A DNA stretch of 63,084 nt, the filler included, from Sphacelaria rigidula (taxonomy: Eukaryota), in the NCBI GenBank assembly GCA_964200075.2. It is 8 parts of 8 records of this genome, joined end to end, with 100 filler letters (N's around TTAATTAATTAA, not from the genome) between each part and the next. Parts side by side here need not be neighbours in the genome. Positions count along the whole stretch, not along the records: positions 31,595 to 39,392 come from CAXNAA020013427.1; positions 39,493 to 47,290 come from CAXNAA020013428.1; 6 more parts are not named here. One strand, 5' to 3'. Shown here in pieces: positions 32,808-45,200 of the stretch; position 1 is the first letter of the stretch, and each line of letters begins with the position of its first letter. The position numbers were made by a program, and so were the translations under genes. A model generated the notes under the pieces. That model saw nothing but the letters and a program-made list of their open reading frames with translations, did no database searches and was not told the origin of the DNA.

Positions 32808-33912
32808 AATACTTCGGCATCTGGCTTCCAAGGAGCACAGAGTGACACCGAAGCAATTAATCGAGGCCTGGCGAGCGAAGAAGGGCGCGAAGGCCATGCC
32901 CGATACAGTCGTGGACAATTCCAGCCGCCCCGTGGGTCTGTCTCGCTCCACCTGCGAGCGCCTAGTGTTGCGGCTGCTAGGGCTCGGCGTGCTTTCCGAC
33001 GATTTCCACTTCACCGCGTTCTCCGTGTTGCACTACGTGGTCACAGGCGCCCGTGCGCACGCTTTGGAGAGCTGTCGGCTTCGCGTAGACTTCGAGGTGT
33101 CGGCTGCCGAAGGCGGTGCTTGGGGTGTGGACAAAGAAGATGGCTGTGACGGCAGCGGGAGCAGTAGGAGGGCGGGGAAGCGGGGACGGCTACCGGGCGG
33201 TGATAGCAGCGACTACGCTGGGGATGGTGTTGGGGGAGTCAAGGGTAGTGGACAAGGAGTTCAGCGCGGGGGCGGGAGGAGGACAGCCACGACTGCTGCC
33301 TGTACTGGTGTTGTTGGGGTTGGTGATGATGATAGTGATGGTGATTGTCGTGGTGATCGTCGTGGGAACGGTGGTCGGAGTAGCAGTAGTGGTGCTGGGC
33401 GTGGTAAAGGGAAGAAGCGGCCAAGAGCAGGGACCGCCGCAAGTGGGACGCGTGCTGACGACGGCGATGGGTGGACGGGGAACGGTGGCGGCGGCGAAGG
33501 CGTGGTGGATCTGTGTGACGACAGCGATACTGATTCCTCGACGATGGGCGGTGGTGCCATGCTGCGCAACAGCGAGCGAGGGTCGTCAGAATGTCCAGCG
33601 TCGTTGAAGAGCTCTACAAAGCGAAGTAGTTTGCGGGGGGGGCGATCGTCTGTGGTCGCAGGTGCATCCGGGGAAGGAGAATCACAAAGTGGGCGCAGCG
33701 GTGTCGGGGGAAGGGGCGTTGAAGGGGGGGCGGGCGTTGATATAAATGATGGTGGTGATGGTGGTGATGGTGGTGGGGATGTTGTGGGTTTTGGTGAAGA
33801 CATATACGACGACAGCGATTTCGAGGATTTGCGTGCGGTCAAGAAGGTCAATAGCGGCAGGCGCAAGAACAAAAAGGGGGGGCGGCGTGTCGTCGAGGAA
33901 GCGGATAGCTGA
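32808..33912 (+). CDS. RECQL: RecQ helicase (RECQ1-like), last exon: RQC winged-helix followed by a long Gly/Asp/Ser-rich tail
   Basis: After a pyrimidine tract and CAG acceptor: ILRHLASKEHRVTPKQLIEAWRAK...SRSTCERLVLRLLGLGVLSDDFHFTAFSVLHYVVTG, resembling the RECQ1 winged helix with its aromatic-tipped beta-hairpin; stop TGA at 33910-33912; basic NLS-like clusters in the tail. Confidence 0.8.
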
Positions 33913-35506
33913 CACTGTTTTGGCGTTCTTTTTGTTTTTGTTTTCGCACAGGGGGAGACGTGCATTTTGTAGACTACGTCGTAAATACATTCGAAGAGTA
34001 CCTCTTTTGGCTTGATGATTCATTGTTTGCTGCGACGATGTGGTTTTTGCTCCCTCCGGCAAAAGCGCGACTAGTTTGTATCATACGCACTGTTTTGAGG
34101 TCGCGATGTTTGGGACGTGGAGCCTTTCGCGCACGGTTCAGCAGGGGTTTTGTTCAATTGGACCACTTAAAATGATTCATATCGTGCTTGCACCGCTTGC
34201 CAGCGCAAACTGTTGAGTTGCCATTATGATGAGAGGAAAGAATGAGTCATCTCTCTAGTTGTTTCGACCTGTTGTTCGGGTTAGATTCTCCCTACACCCC
34301 CCCCCCGCCCCTTTATTTTTTCCTCGGTCTTGAAAGGGATGCGTGAACAATGGTCAAACGACTAAGGCAAGCAACAGATGAGTACGCCCCCCCCTCCATC
34401 CCTCATCCCCTTTATTTCAGCATAAGCAGTACGGTATGTGATTCGTCGATAAATAGCCTTTTCCGTTTGCGCAACAGAGGGATAGAGGAAAATGTACCTG
34501 CAGTTTATCCATTACATTTAGCCAAGAAAAGCTATGGGGAAATCTGATCGGCCCGAAATCCTTGTTGGAGGGCTGACGCTCATGGACGCGTCACACTTTG
34601 TTTCGTTGCTCAGGATAACCGCCGAAAGAACAAAAACAGACCATGGGTGTTCCTCTTGGTGAGAGTTTTCACCTTCATTTCATGCCGCGTGATAGCACGC
34701 CTTGCTGCTGAGATATGCGTCCAACACTTCCGAAACGTGATCGATGACAAATGAAGGCGTGGGATAAGAAGAAAACAGCGTTGTTGTGAAAGTTTGAAAT
34801 CCAGCAAGTACTTTCTCCCTGTTTTGCGTTTTTTTTCTTGTTCCGTTTTCACCCTCACCCAGTGTACACCTACCCCCTGGTTGGTGGTGGTGGTGTGTGG
34901 GGTTCGTCTCAGTGGCGTATTGTTCATGGGATTAAAACTCCAAGGCGCGCGCGTGTGTGTGGTTGTCGAACATTTTCTTCCCCGTGTGTCCATTTCCTTT
35001 CAGCGCCAACAAACAATCGCAACGAACACGGCCCACACAAGCGAGTCCCGAATAGTGGCTTGCCTCGAATGTTGCCATTCGGATATATATACATATATAT
35101 ATATATTATATGTACACACGTCAAACGCTCCGTCATGTGTATACTCCACGTCTACATGAGATGAGCAGGACGGATCTCACATACGTTGCGAGCTCTTCTT
35201 GCTTGGATATCGGGCAGTGTTTTTTCGCCAGTACGAAGCATGGGGTTCTATGTTACCATGTTACTGAATCAAGGAGAGCGGCGGGGGAGGGGGGGAAAGG
35301 AGGGGAATGTAAGCGCCCAAGATTCACCACGTTGGGATCATTGTGCACCACACGATCTTCCACATTTTTCTTACATGGCGATGCCTCTCGTTTGTGTGTG
35401 CGTCGAATATCTCTCGTTTCTACTCGCATTACTGTACATACATACAGTATTTTAGGTGGAAGCAGGAAATATTATTTGGTTGCAGCAGCCGGGCAAGCCA
35501 CGACAG

Positions 35507-35507
<1 letters not shown>

Positions 35508-35560
<53 letters not shown>
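35508..35560. repeat. (CA)n microsatellite
   Basis: Direct reading. Confidence 0.95.
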
Positions 35561-35563
<3 letters not shown>

Positions 35564-35840
35564 TTTTCTCGAGGAAACATTCAAGAGCAAGTAAAAAGAC
35601 TTGAACGGAAAAAAGCACGGGGAGAAAAAAAAACTCTTACCCATCAAAATGAAAGAGATCGATACGTGAAGCAGCTCAATATTTCCGAGCCGAATATTTT
35701 TGCACATATCGATCACACCAGCAGAACTCCAACATGATATATATATATATATATATATTTATGTACATACCGCTCAATATTTCCGAGTCCGACCATGGCT
35801 TTCCATCGATGTGGTCGACCTGAAATCAACCAACATACTA

Positions 35841-36401
35841 CGAGCTGGGCCAGCTTAAAAACTGCTAAAACTTGCTCACATCACAGCTTCCCCAGTTTCC
35901 CGAATAAACCCGATGTACGCATATTACTGTGAAGTGCAGACCAACCTTGTGACACACGGCACCGCCGCTGAATGATTTTTTTTTTTGAAAAAAATGTACT
36001 GCATAATGTATGACCTTTACGACGGACGAAAAAAAAAAAATGGGTCGGGATTCGAACTCATGAATTCCATAATTTTTCCTCGTATTTTTGTCCAGAGGCC
36101 GCTCTCGAAATCTCTGACCCAAGCGAATCGGAAAAGTGGGCTTGGCTCCTCTAGGTGGGGTGATACGAGGTGTCCAAGACGGGCGGTAGCGATTTTCTCT
36201 GTTTGGGGGTCAAAAACGTTGTCAAATGTCGTAAAAGTGGAAAACACGAGCCAAACAAAATACGAACCGGAAGAAACGGCCTTACTTATGAGATTATCTT
36301 GTTTTGCTGAAATTTCGAATGCCCATAACTTTTTTTCTTCTTTTTGTCTTTGCTGGTCCCCTGATCTTCTGCATTTCGATCATCTTGGCTGGTCCAGCTC
36401 G
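35841..36401. mobile_element. TA-flanked TIR element, 561 bp, same termini as the 9575 family but a different interior
   Basis: TA|CGAGCTGGGCCAGC ... GCTGGTCCAGCTCG|TA. Confidence 0.75.
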
Positions 36402-36619
36402 TATACACATGGCAACAACCATGATAATATCTTCCCTTCAGCCGAAACAGATCGTTCAACATGCTCCCAGCCCGATTATGATGTTTTTCCAAGTTTCCAA
36501 GCAAGGGTACGACGAACGGCTAATACAGCGACAACCCCCCCCCCCACCACCCCCCCAGGAAAGTGACTCGTCTGAGGAGGTAAAAGCCACAACATAATAC
36601 ATATAGATCAAGATGACAG

Positions 36620-37798
36620 AAAAAGCAATATCTCGTCGACACAGACGAGTTGGGCCGTGATCCTCATATTATCGTATGAATTGTCTAACCAAGGGGAAGG
36701 TGCCCGTCTGCTTGAAAGTTTAGGCCCATATTTTTCTCGTTGATTAAGCCCCATGTCTAGTAATTCCAATACCTAACGGAGATGGCGTCTATACTAAAAT
36801 CTACATGAAACCCCCGATCGACGCATTCAGCGGATGACGACGAATTTTGGTGTGGACATTCTCTTGAGCAGGGGGAGACGATAGATGCCCTCACGTTCAC
36901 CTAATTCCTTATCTATCCCGAGATATGACGCACATAAGTTTCCATACTAGAATCAATATATTACGAGCAGAGGCACTAGATGCCCTAAATCTGGATATTA
37001 TATATCGCGTCTCAGTTTTTGAGAGTTGTTCCATCAAATTTCGTGTGGTGAACCGCTAGTGCGTAATAATGGGAAAAAAAACAGCCTTCTACCTTTTCCC
37101 CCATTTCCCCCCCCATTTTTTACGTGTTTTTAGTGGAGTTTTGAGGAGAAATTAACATTGCTCTTAGGCCTCATCTCAATCTTTTAGCTCAATTGTTAGA
37201 TTCGTGACTTGAAAGTTAGCATGGAGAACCTCAAAAGTGTGCCGAATGAACCTTCATTTTTTTTTTCATAGAGGTTAGGGCGTTCTCGTGGAGAAATGAC
37301 CTTGACCATACTAGAACGCCGTAAACCATTGAAAACAATTATTGAAAAAAAAAACTGACCCACTGAGTGTTGTTAATTAATTATGCCTTACAGAGCGCCC
37401 ACAAAAATTTCAATACACGAAAAACAAACGTGGGCCGGTGAGCGGCGTTCGAAATACTGTTCCGAATTTTTACCGACCCGGTTTTTCAAAGGCCCATGCT
37501 CCCGCCAATATTTTTAGAGTCGGACCCTGAAATTTGGTATGGACAATGCATAGGGCATGGAAACAAAAATTACGTCGGCACCATTTAAATTTTTTTTTCA
37601 TGTCAAGGGCAATAGTCGGTTTTCAGGTATCAGTAAAATGCCTTCAACTCATGATTAAAAAAGTTTGGTGCCGACATAATGTGTTTCTTCATGCCCTATG
37701 CATTGTCCATACCAAATTTCAGGGTTCAACTCTAAATATTGGCGGGAACATGGATGGGCCTGCCAACTTCAAATCCGCCTCTAGGCTGACCCAGCTCG
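36620..37798. mobile_element. TA-flanked element copy C (reverse orientation of the 9575-10762 family; left end truncated)
   Basis: Reverse-complement homology to copy A (CGACACAGACGAGTTGGGCCGTGATCC; TTTTGGTGTGGAC; GTCTCAGTTTTTGAGAGT); ends GGCTGACCCAGCTCG|TA. Confidence 0.75.
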
Positions 37799-39493
37799 TA
37801 TCAGGCCCCAGAAAATCGATATTTGGCGGTTGGAACGTGCGACGGTTTTTCAACATGGTTGACTTCAGGTTACTCAAAGTTCTCGCCGCAGCTCATCATA
37901 TACACTGTAAGTGATGCAATTGTCCCTGCATTTCTCTGTTTTTTAGACGCTGGGTTTCATCAGGGTGTCGTAAAAATGGTTCATTACTTGATTTTAGAGT
38001 GAACATCGATATTCGGATCTTCAGAGGGAATCACAGTCCCGAGTGCTCCTAGCTTGCCCAGAACGCGTCTTTGTCCATGTCGGCGTCACAGGCACTGATT
38101 TGAGGTCTGCCAGAGCATACTTTGCCTAGAGTATATTTTTTTAGACCTGTTCTCGTCATGGGTTATCATATGCCTTCGGTTGGGGCTAGAGTCGGGGTCA
38201 GTGTTAGTTTCAAAATTGTAAATTTCCCAGAGCGTTCTGTCAACCGTTTTGAAGACATGAGCGTCAGCACGACTCGTGGGGAGTGACAGAATCCAAGAAG
38301 ATTTAAATGCCATGCATGAAGGTATCTTATGGTGTCGCCTTAGGCCGACCAGAGATGCAATCAGCAATCAAACTCAAAAGTCGTAAAAAAAAAAGGAACA
38401 GCCATAAACCCACAAGCACGAAGAGTCCCGTCTACATACAACAAACAAACGGACTCTCACCTTAACTCAACTCTTGTGTGAAAAAAAGAACGCCTTCTAC
38501 AGTAACCCCGTACACTCCACATGAAACCAACCGGGAAGCCATTACACAGCAGTATTCTCAACAATCTGCCCCTCTTCCTCTCCAGACAACACTTCAGATT
38601 CATGTAATCCGAGGCAAAAGAAGCAAAAGCCGAAAATTAATATTGGTGAGCTTTTATTCGTACCCCTGGATACGTAACAGCAAAAATACAGTAGTGCCTA
38701 AGCAAAATAGGCATATTAATTTGTGTTTTCAAAATATAAAGAAGAGTATGACCGCAGTAGTATGGGCAAAACCTCTCCATAAAGATGTGAATATGAATCC
38801 CAAGACTCCTACCCTCTGCGCCCCGCCCCCCCCCCCTAGAGAGCGGCGCCACCACATTTTGTCAGTTGGAAGATTCAAACGGGGGGAGACACGATATACA
38901 AAAAGATCTTACCCTCGTCCCCTTTGCCAGAGCCATCATGATCGTGCCCAAACGCAACTGCAGAGCTGAGGAAAAAGCAAACAAGAAGAACACACGACAA
39001 AGATGGAAAACTGCGAACCTACTACGTGCAGCTACTGTAGTGCAGCTGCATGGTAGCTGATTGCTTCCCTCTCCTGTGGTAGATTTAGTCTTTTTTCATT
39101 GTCTGCGTAGATGTAGCTCTATTTCTTCCAAAAAAATACTTCCCGCACAACAAACACAGAGATGATAATGGAGGCTGAGAGCTTTGCGTGAAATGAACGA
39201 CCCACCCAACCACCATCTCTTGCGCGCTTTTCCCAGTTTCCCTACCCCCTACCTACATGGATTTGCTGGATTGGCGCACACTTGATGAGAAAAAAAAACG
39301 TAGTTGCTGGAAGAAAAACAAACAAACGAGAAGACAAGAAAAAAAAAACGCCATGCGAAGAACGGCAAAGGGCTACCCGAGGGACCGCCGCANNNNNNNN
39401 NNNNNNNNNNNNNNNNNNNNNNNNNNNNNNNNNNNNTTAATTAATTAANNNNNNNNNNNNNNNNNNNNNNNNNNNNNNNNNNNNNNNNNNNNG

Positions 39494-39966
39494 GGAAGCA
39501 CTGTTTTAGGCTTGAGCCTCATCTCGAAGTTAAACCTCAATTCGCACAATTTGTTGTTACCTGCTGAATTGGTGCCGCCCGCGGAATCCTTGCGCTTCCA
39601 AGTTCAACGCGCGGGTGCCGTCCTCGAGTACTGGATGGGGGGATGGCGGCCTCCATGCCCGCCATCGAGTTCTGCGGTCGCGGATGGAACACGGTCAACG
39701 AATACAGAGGGGAGCGTCTCCCGAAAACAAATATTGTTGTCAACTTGTCCGATCACGCATACATCGACCCCGCGGGGAAGACCCAACGGTTTTTGTGCAG
39801 ATGTAACCTCGTGGCCTCCGAGACGCACAAGTGCAAGCGCTCTTGCACGTGCGCCGGGCTGCGCAAAGATTGCCACCCCTTCTTGTGTGGGTGCGAGGAG
39901 AGATGCCTGCCGCCCGCCCCTGAGACGCGTGGATCGCCCCCAGAGAGGTTACCCGGTGAAGGGTGA
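39494..39966 (+). mobile_element. C-terminal fragment of an Academ(X)-like transposon protein (post-XPG LPP..L...RA..W..GW motif plus Cys-rich zinc finger), one frameshift
   Basis: ELVPPAESLRFQVQRAGAVLEYW, a frame change in the G6 run 39637-39642, then MPAIEFCGRGW...CRC..CKRSCTC....CHPFLCGCEERC. Motif order matches my recollection of XPG plus Cys8-finger proteins of Academ elements. Confidence 0.55.
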
Positions 39967-40439
39967 TCCACTTCAGGGTTATCAGCTCAAGGACTGTCGA
40001 CTGAAGGGTTACTCACTGAAGGGTTACTCGCGGAGGTGATTGGAATGCAGGGGTGGGATGACGGCGACTGAGGGGATGGCAGGACCGCACCGGACTTAAC
40101 GAGTGAAGATACAGGATCCGAGAGTGGTTGCGGGTGGTCGTCGGAGTCGTCGTGTGATTCGGAGGGGGCCGGGGGCGGGGACGAGATGGTTCGACATGTG
40201 GCACGGGTTACACTAGCGTGATGGGGTGGAAGTGATGCTGAAGCGAGATGCTATGTAAACACGAGGTGAGACTGAGGTGCCGTCATGAAGGTCATGCGCT
40301 GCGCAAAGATATTGTTTCCTGCATTTGCGTGTTGCTATCGGTATTGCATCCGTAACAATCCTGTGAGCAATTACTCCCCACATGTTGGCTTGGTGCCGAC
40401 AGACAGGGTCCCGACGTAGGCCCCGCCTCGTCATGCTTG

Positions 40440-41164
40440 CAAGGGTCGGTCGAGTAGATTATGTACTTTTGAGTACTCGAGTAAAATACTTAAGTATTTA
40501 CTCTGCTCGACGTTTGAGTAGGCCGAGTGTGGCCTCAAATACTCTACTCAAATTTTGAGTAGGCCGAGTACGACCTCCAATACTCTACTCAATTTTTGAG
40601 CAGGTCGAGGATGACGTCAAATACTCCACGCAAACATTCAGTAAGCACTCTCAGTTATACTTGAGTATAGAGTATCACTTGAGTATGACCTCAATACTCT
40701 ACTCAAACTTTGAGTAGGTGGAGTACGGTCTCAAATACTCTACTCGAATTTTGAGTAGGTTGAGTATCGTCTCAAATACTCTACTCAAACTTTGAGTAGG
40801 TTGAGTATCGTCTTAAATACTCTACTCAAATTTTGAGTAGGTCGAGTATGGTGTCAAATACTCTACTCAAATTTTGAGTTGGTCGAGTACGATCTCACAT
40901 ACTCTACTCAAATTTTGGGTAAGTACCCCCCGTAATACTCGAGTACCGAGTACCGCTTGAGTATGACCTCAATACCATACTCAACTTTCAGTAGGTCGAG
41001 TACGGCCTTAAATACTCTGCTCAAATTTCGAGTAGGTTGAGTATGGTCTCAAATACTTTACTCAACTTTTGAGTAGGTTGAGTAAGATCTCAAATACTCG
41101 ACTCAAGTTTTGAGTAAGCACTCTCAGTAATACTTGAGTATAGAGTATGGTGAGTATACCCCTG
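40440..41164. repeat. Array of ~14 palindromic ~41-bp units (CAAATACTCTACTCAAATTTTGAGTAGGTCGAGTA-N6) behind a hAT-like terminus
   Basis: Visible periodicity; begins CAAGGGTCGGTCGAGTAGA, like the TIR of the MITE at 11505, and ends GAGTATACCCCTG. Confidence 0.85.
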
Positions 41165-41659
41165 ACAGTCGGCGACTTCGTGACGTCAGTTCACTGAGTA
41201 TGTTGAATGCATGGGTGAACGATGGCCATCAATTAGATGGGCGGCATTACATCACAGCCAACAAGGAATACGAGGGAATGATGGCCATGAAAAAATCAAG
41301 AAGCGTGCAGGTGCACGCACCTACTTGCCCCAATGCCCCATGTCACCAGCCCCCACCCGCGGCAGTTTATACTCGAAACCCTTTCACGCCTTCGATATCA
41401 CTTTCAGTACAGAGCGCTACTCATCATCATCGAGTAATGGAGTAATCGAGCAATGGAGTAGTCGAGCATGTGTGATCAGAATGAGCGACTCTACTGGCGA
41501 CGGTTTGACAAGACAGTTTTACCTTGAATCAACACTCATCATGGGTGGGCAACTCTAGGAATCCCTCGGTATTTCCTCTACCCGGCTTTGGGTATCTTGC
41601 GTACGAACTTGAATATTGAAGTTGAAGTTATAGGTTTTCGGTACATCGGGTCCGGCGTC

Positions 41660-41955
41660 GGATACTCTACGAAAAATTTGAGTAAATCGAGTACGGCCTC
41701 CGATACTCTACTCAAATTTCGAGTAGGCCGAGTACGGCCTCGAATACTCTACTCAGATTCCGAGTACGTTGAGTACGGCCTCCAATACCCTACTCAAATT
41801 TCTGAGTAGGTCGAGTACGGCCTCCAATAGTCTACTCAGATTTTGAGCAGGTCAAGGACGACCTCGACTACTCCACTCAAATATTGGGTCAGCACTCTCA
41901 GCGACACTTGAGTATAGAGTATCACTCGAGTATGACCTCAATACTCTACTCAAAA
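41660..41955. repeat. Second block of the same 41-bp palindromic array (~6 units, including the long variant unit)
   Basis: TACTCTACTCAAATTT.GAGTAGG.CGAGTACGGCCTC units and the GCACTCTCAG...CTTGAGTATAGAGTATCACT.GAGTATGACCTCAATACTCTACTCAAA variant. Confidence 0.85.
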
Positions 41956-42299
41956 CTCTGCCTGTCTTTTTTCGTTGCGGAGGGAACTCCATCCTCGATA
42001 CGCCATCGATGGAGAAACCGACCATCTCCGTACCCTCCTCTTCTCTAACACCCCTGATGTAGGATTTGAACACGAGACAACACTCGTTCCATCCTTCGAC
42101 TGCACTGTCCCGTGCTTGCCGTTAGTGGTGCCTTTCATGTCTGGTAACCGCGAGGATGGGCGCTGAGGGTTGTCGCGGATGACCTACATATATATGGTCG
42201 GCATGGCGCCAGGCTAGGTATGGTGTTCGTTTCTCACTATCTATGCTGAGCGAATTCGCCACTCCTTTCTTGAAGCGATGGTTAGGGTAGTACTATAGG

Positions 42300-45200
42300 T
42301 TTTTGCGGCTATTATGACGGAGTCGGCGACAAAGGGTCTACTGGGTGTCCATTGCCGTGCGATTATGCGGGTGCAGGCGCACCTCATAGCCCGCTATCGA
42401 TCGACGCCCGAGCGGAATCCGTTGTGGTGCAGCCTCTTAGAATGCACCTCGCAGTTGTTCTTGTCATGGCCACGGTTTGAGCGCGATGTCAAGATATGTT
42501 TGAGATTCAGGTCCTTACTGGCGACGGAGAAGGCAGCACATAAGGGGGACTTCTGAAGTACCCTTAAGGGTATATCGTCTTCATTCCTGGTGCAGACGAG
42601 GGGGGAAAATAATACATGTATTTCAACGGCAAATCCCATTTCCAACCACCACGGGCGTGATCGGGCCGAGCCTCCATGGTCCGGCACAGGACCGGACTGG
42701 AATGTTTGCCACATATGAGGGTGTGCAGCGTAGCATGCCGAAAAAAATTCCCCGATTCGGCGTATATGCCAGTGAAGAACATGTTCGCAAGTATCTGTGC
42801 GCCTTACTATTGTAGAGGGGGGGTGATCTTACTCATATTTGTCTCCCAGACATGAGTTGCAGCATTCGTGTAAGTCTTCTTCGGAAATAAGTTGTATTGT
42901 TTGGGAGACCGCAGCACCTGGCGGCGGGCGTTGGCTACACCGGGGCCAGCAATGATGTCTTGTAGCATATATATCCTGACGTACAATTTCATTTTCTGAT
43001 CCTTCGAGGCGTTATCATGGTACAATCAAAGGCCCAGATCAAATGGGGGAGCCGTATAAGCACCGGCGACTTCGCAAAACATGCCATGACTCAGTGAAAA
43101 TGAAGAAATACGGGGGAATCCCTTATGTACTTGTGCGTCCTTGTGCCAAGATGTCCTCGTTCAATTTTGCCCACAAATTCCAGAAATTTGGTGCAGTATC
43201 CAAATTTTCGTCTGGCACGGCTGCGCTTCTTTTATCCAAGGAAGGCACTTGACTGCAGTTATGGAGGTCACCCCCGACCGATTCCTTTTTCAGTTGTTCC
43301 GCCGGCTAGATAATACATTTACATTATGCAGTACTTTACCACGCTGGTCCTCAGGTCACGCTGATATACTCAAGTCGAGCTGATGTAGTACATTTGATAA
43401 CGTATGGTGTGACACGCAAATGCGGGATTTACTGCTGGCCCAGCTCGTGAAGCAAAGACGTGCAGTCGTGGACCTCGTGTCTGGCGAGAAAATGTCCTGG
43501 GACACACCCACGGTCAATGTTGCTCCAGATTTTCACCTGCACGACACCTCGGGGTGCACGAAACGATTCAGCGGATACCGCTACGACCGTACCGCGTCAA
43601 GGAGCGCGGTGCAGAGCCTTTACAGCCACGCTGTCATGTTCTCTTGCGCAACTCTCTCGAGCTGTGCCGTGTTGCCGAGGAAAGCACTTATGCCGCAAAG
43701 ACGTTCCTGTACGTGGGATATGCGGCGCAACCCCACCTCATGTATCGTGCCACGATAGACCAGGGTCTTTTCCCGCATTTTGCCCGCATGTTTGAAAGTG
43801 GATTTCTTGACATGGACTTCGTGTGAGTAAGTGAAACTTGGAGCACCAGTCGGGCACATCACAAGGAGCATGTTCCCTCGCCGCCGACGCTTGCCGTGGG
43901 GGATACATCAAGAAGGACCCTAATTCCAAAATTCGGGAAATCCGGTGAAACACACTCTCGTCGACCGCCCGCTGCCCAGAAATGCGTGCACCGTCAGTAA
44001 AGACATATGCAAAGTTACTCGTACACTTGTTTTGACGTCATCTGCACGTGGGGCGCCGCTGTGCTGAGAAATGAATGTTGACCTGAAGTGGAACACCCGC
44101 TGGATGATGACAATCAATGCGAAAAGGAGGTGCGTATTGTCCGTAGAGGTCCTCAATTCGGGAAACACGGCAGTACGCGCGCTGTGGGTGCCGCGAGTCG
44201 CTGAAATTTCGCCCACATGTCATCATGACCACAGCAAACTACCTTGTGTCACTCAACCTGTCGTGGGGCCATGCAGTAGCGTGTACCAGCGACACGAAAG
44301 GTCAGATTCTGTTCCGAGAAAATTGTTTCTTTTTTTCTATCGGCGCAACACTGGTAGTTTAAATCAGCTTCGCATTCTCCTCTATGTAGAGAGTCAGAAA
44401 GCTGTGCTGTCTGCAAATCTGCTGCGTGCCGCGTTGCCCGCTTCTTTTCGACATCGCGCCCGCATGCTGTACGAAACACACACCATCTGGACAGTTCAGA
44501 CCGCCACTGTTGTACAGTATGCACTGTCCGTGCTGTTCTCTACCGTGTGTTGAATATATGTAAAGAAGTACCGCTTCACGAATTGCGCTTAGCCTTCTCG
44601 ACTCAAAGCGTGAAAAACCAGGCAAAGCAAACTGAATCAGTTCCGCCGCACGAACTCGTTCGAGTCGAAAAAAAATGATAAGACACCGCCTCAGTCCCGA
44701 AAGAGACGATTATGCCATAAAAAGTGTGGAATAATAATTCAGACGATGATTAAGGATTGTGCACATGTCCAGGGGATATTGTTGTTGGGCACACGTACCG
44801 TGTTTTCCCTGTCAACTCTTGCAGGAGAGATGGCCGACCAGCGTACATGCACGCCACGTCTGAGCCTTTACAGCCACGCTACATACGCCTTCTCTGCACA
44901 TTGTATCCCTGACCCAAGCCGGAACCTGCACCTCGTCCGCTGCTGCTGTCAGATACAGTCCGTAGTCTGTAACCGATCAGGTGCACTAAGCAGTAGAGTA
45001 ACAGTCAATCAGGATGAAAATGGCATCTCGCTTCTCTCGCCTTGCGATCATCGCGACTGCCGCGACCGCTGTAGCAGGAGCAGGTGTCGCCACCGAACAG
45101 GTCAGATATTTAGATGGGCCCTCTGCTGCTGTAAGATTGGCTTGATGAAAATTCATGGTATGTAGTTTGGCGAGGGAGACCTGTGCCCATGGGACGCCGT

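Noticed and set aside
32808..39966. AcademH-like unit (RecQ helicase plus Academ fragment)
   Set aside because: The two lie on different contigs separated by an artificial spacer, and the RecQ exon looks like host RECQ1.
40440..41955. CRISPR array
   Set aside because: Units are adjacent with only ~6-nt linkers, there are no unique 25-45-nt spacers or cas genes, the context is eukaryotic, and the unit resembles a MITE TIR.
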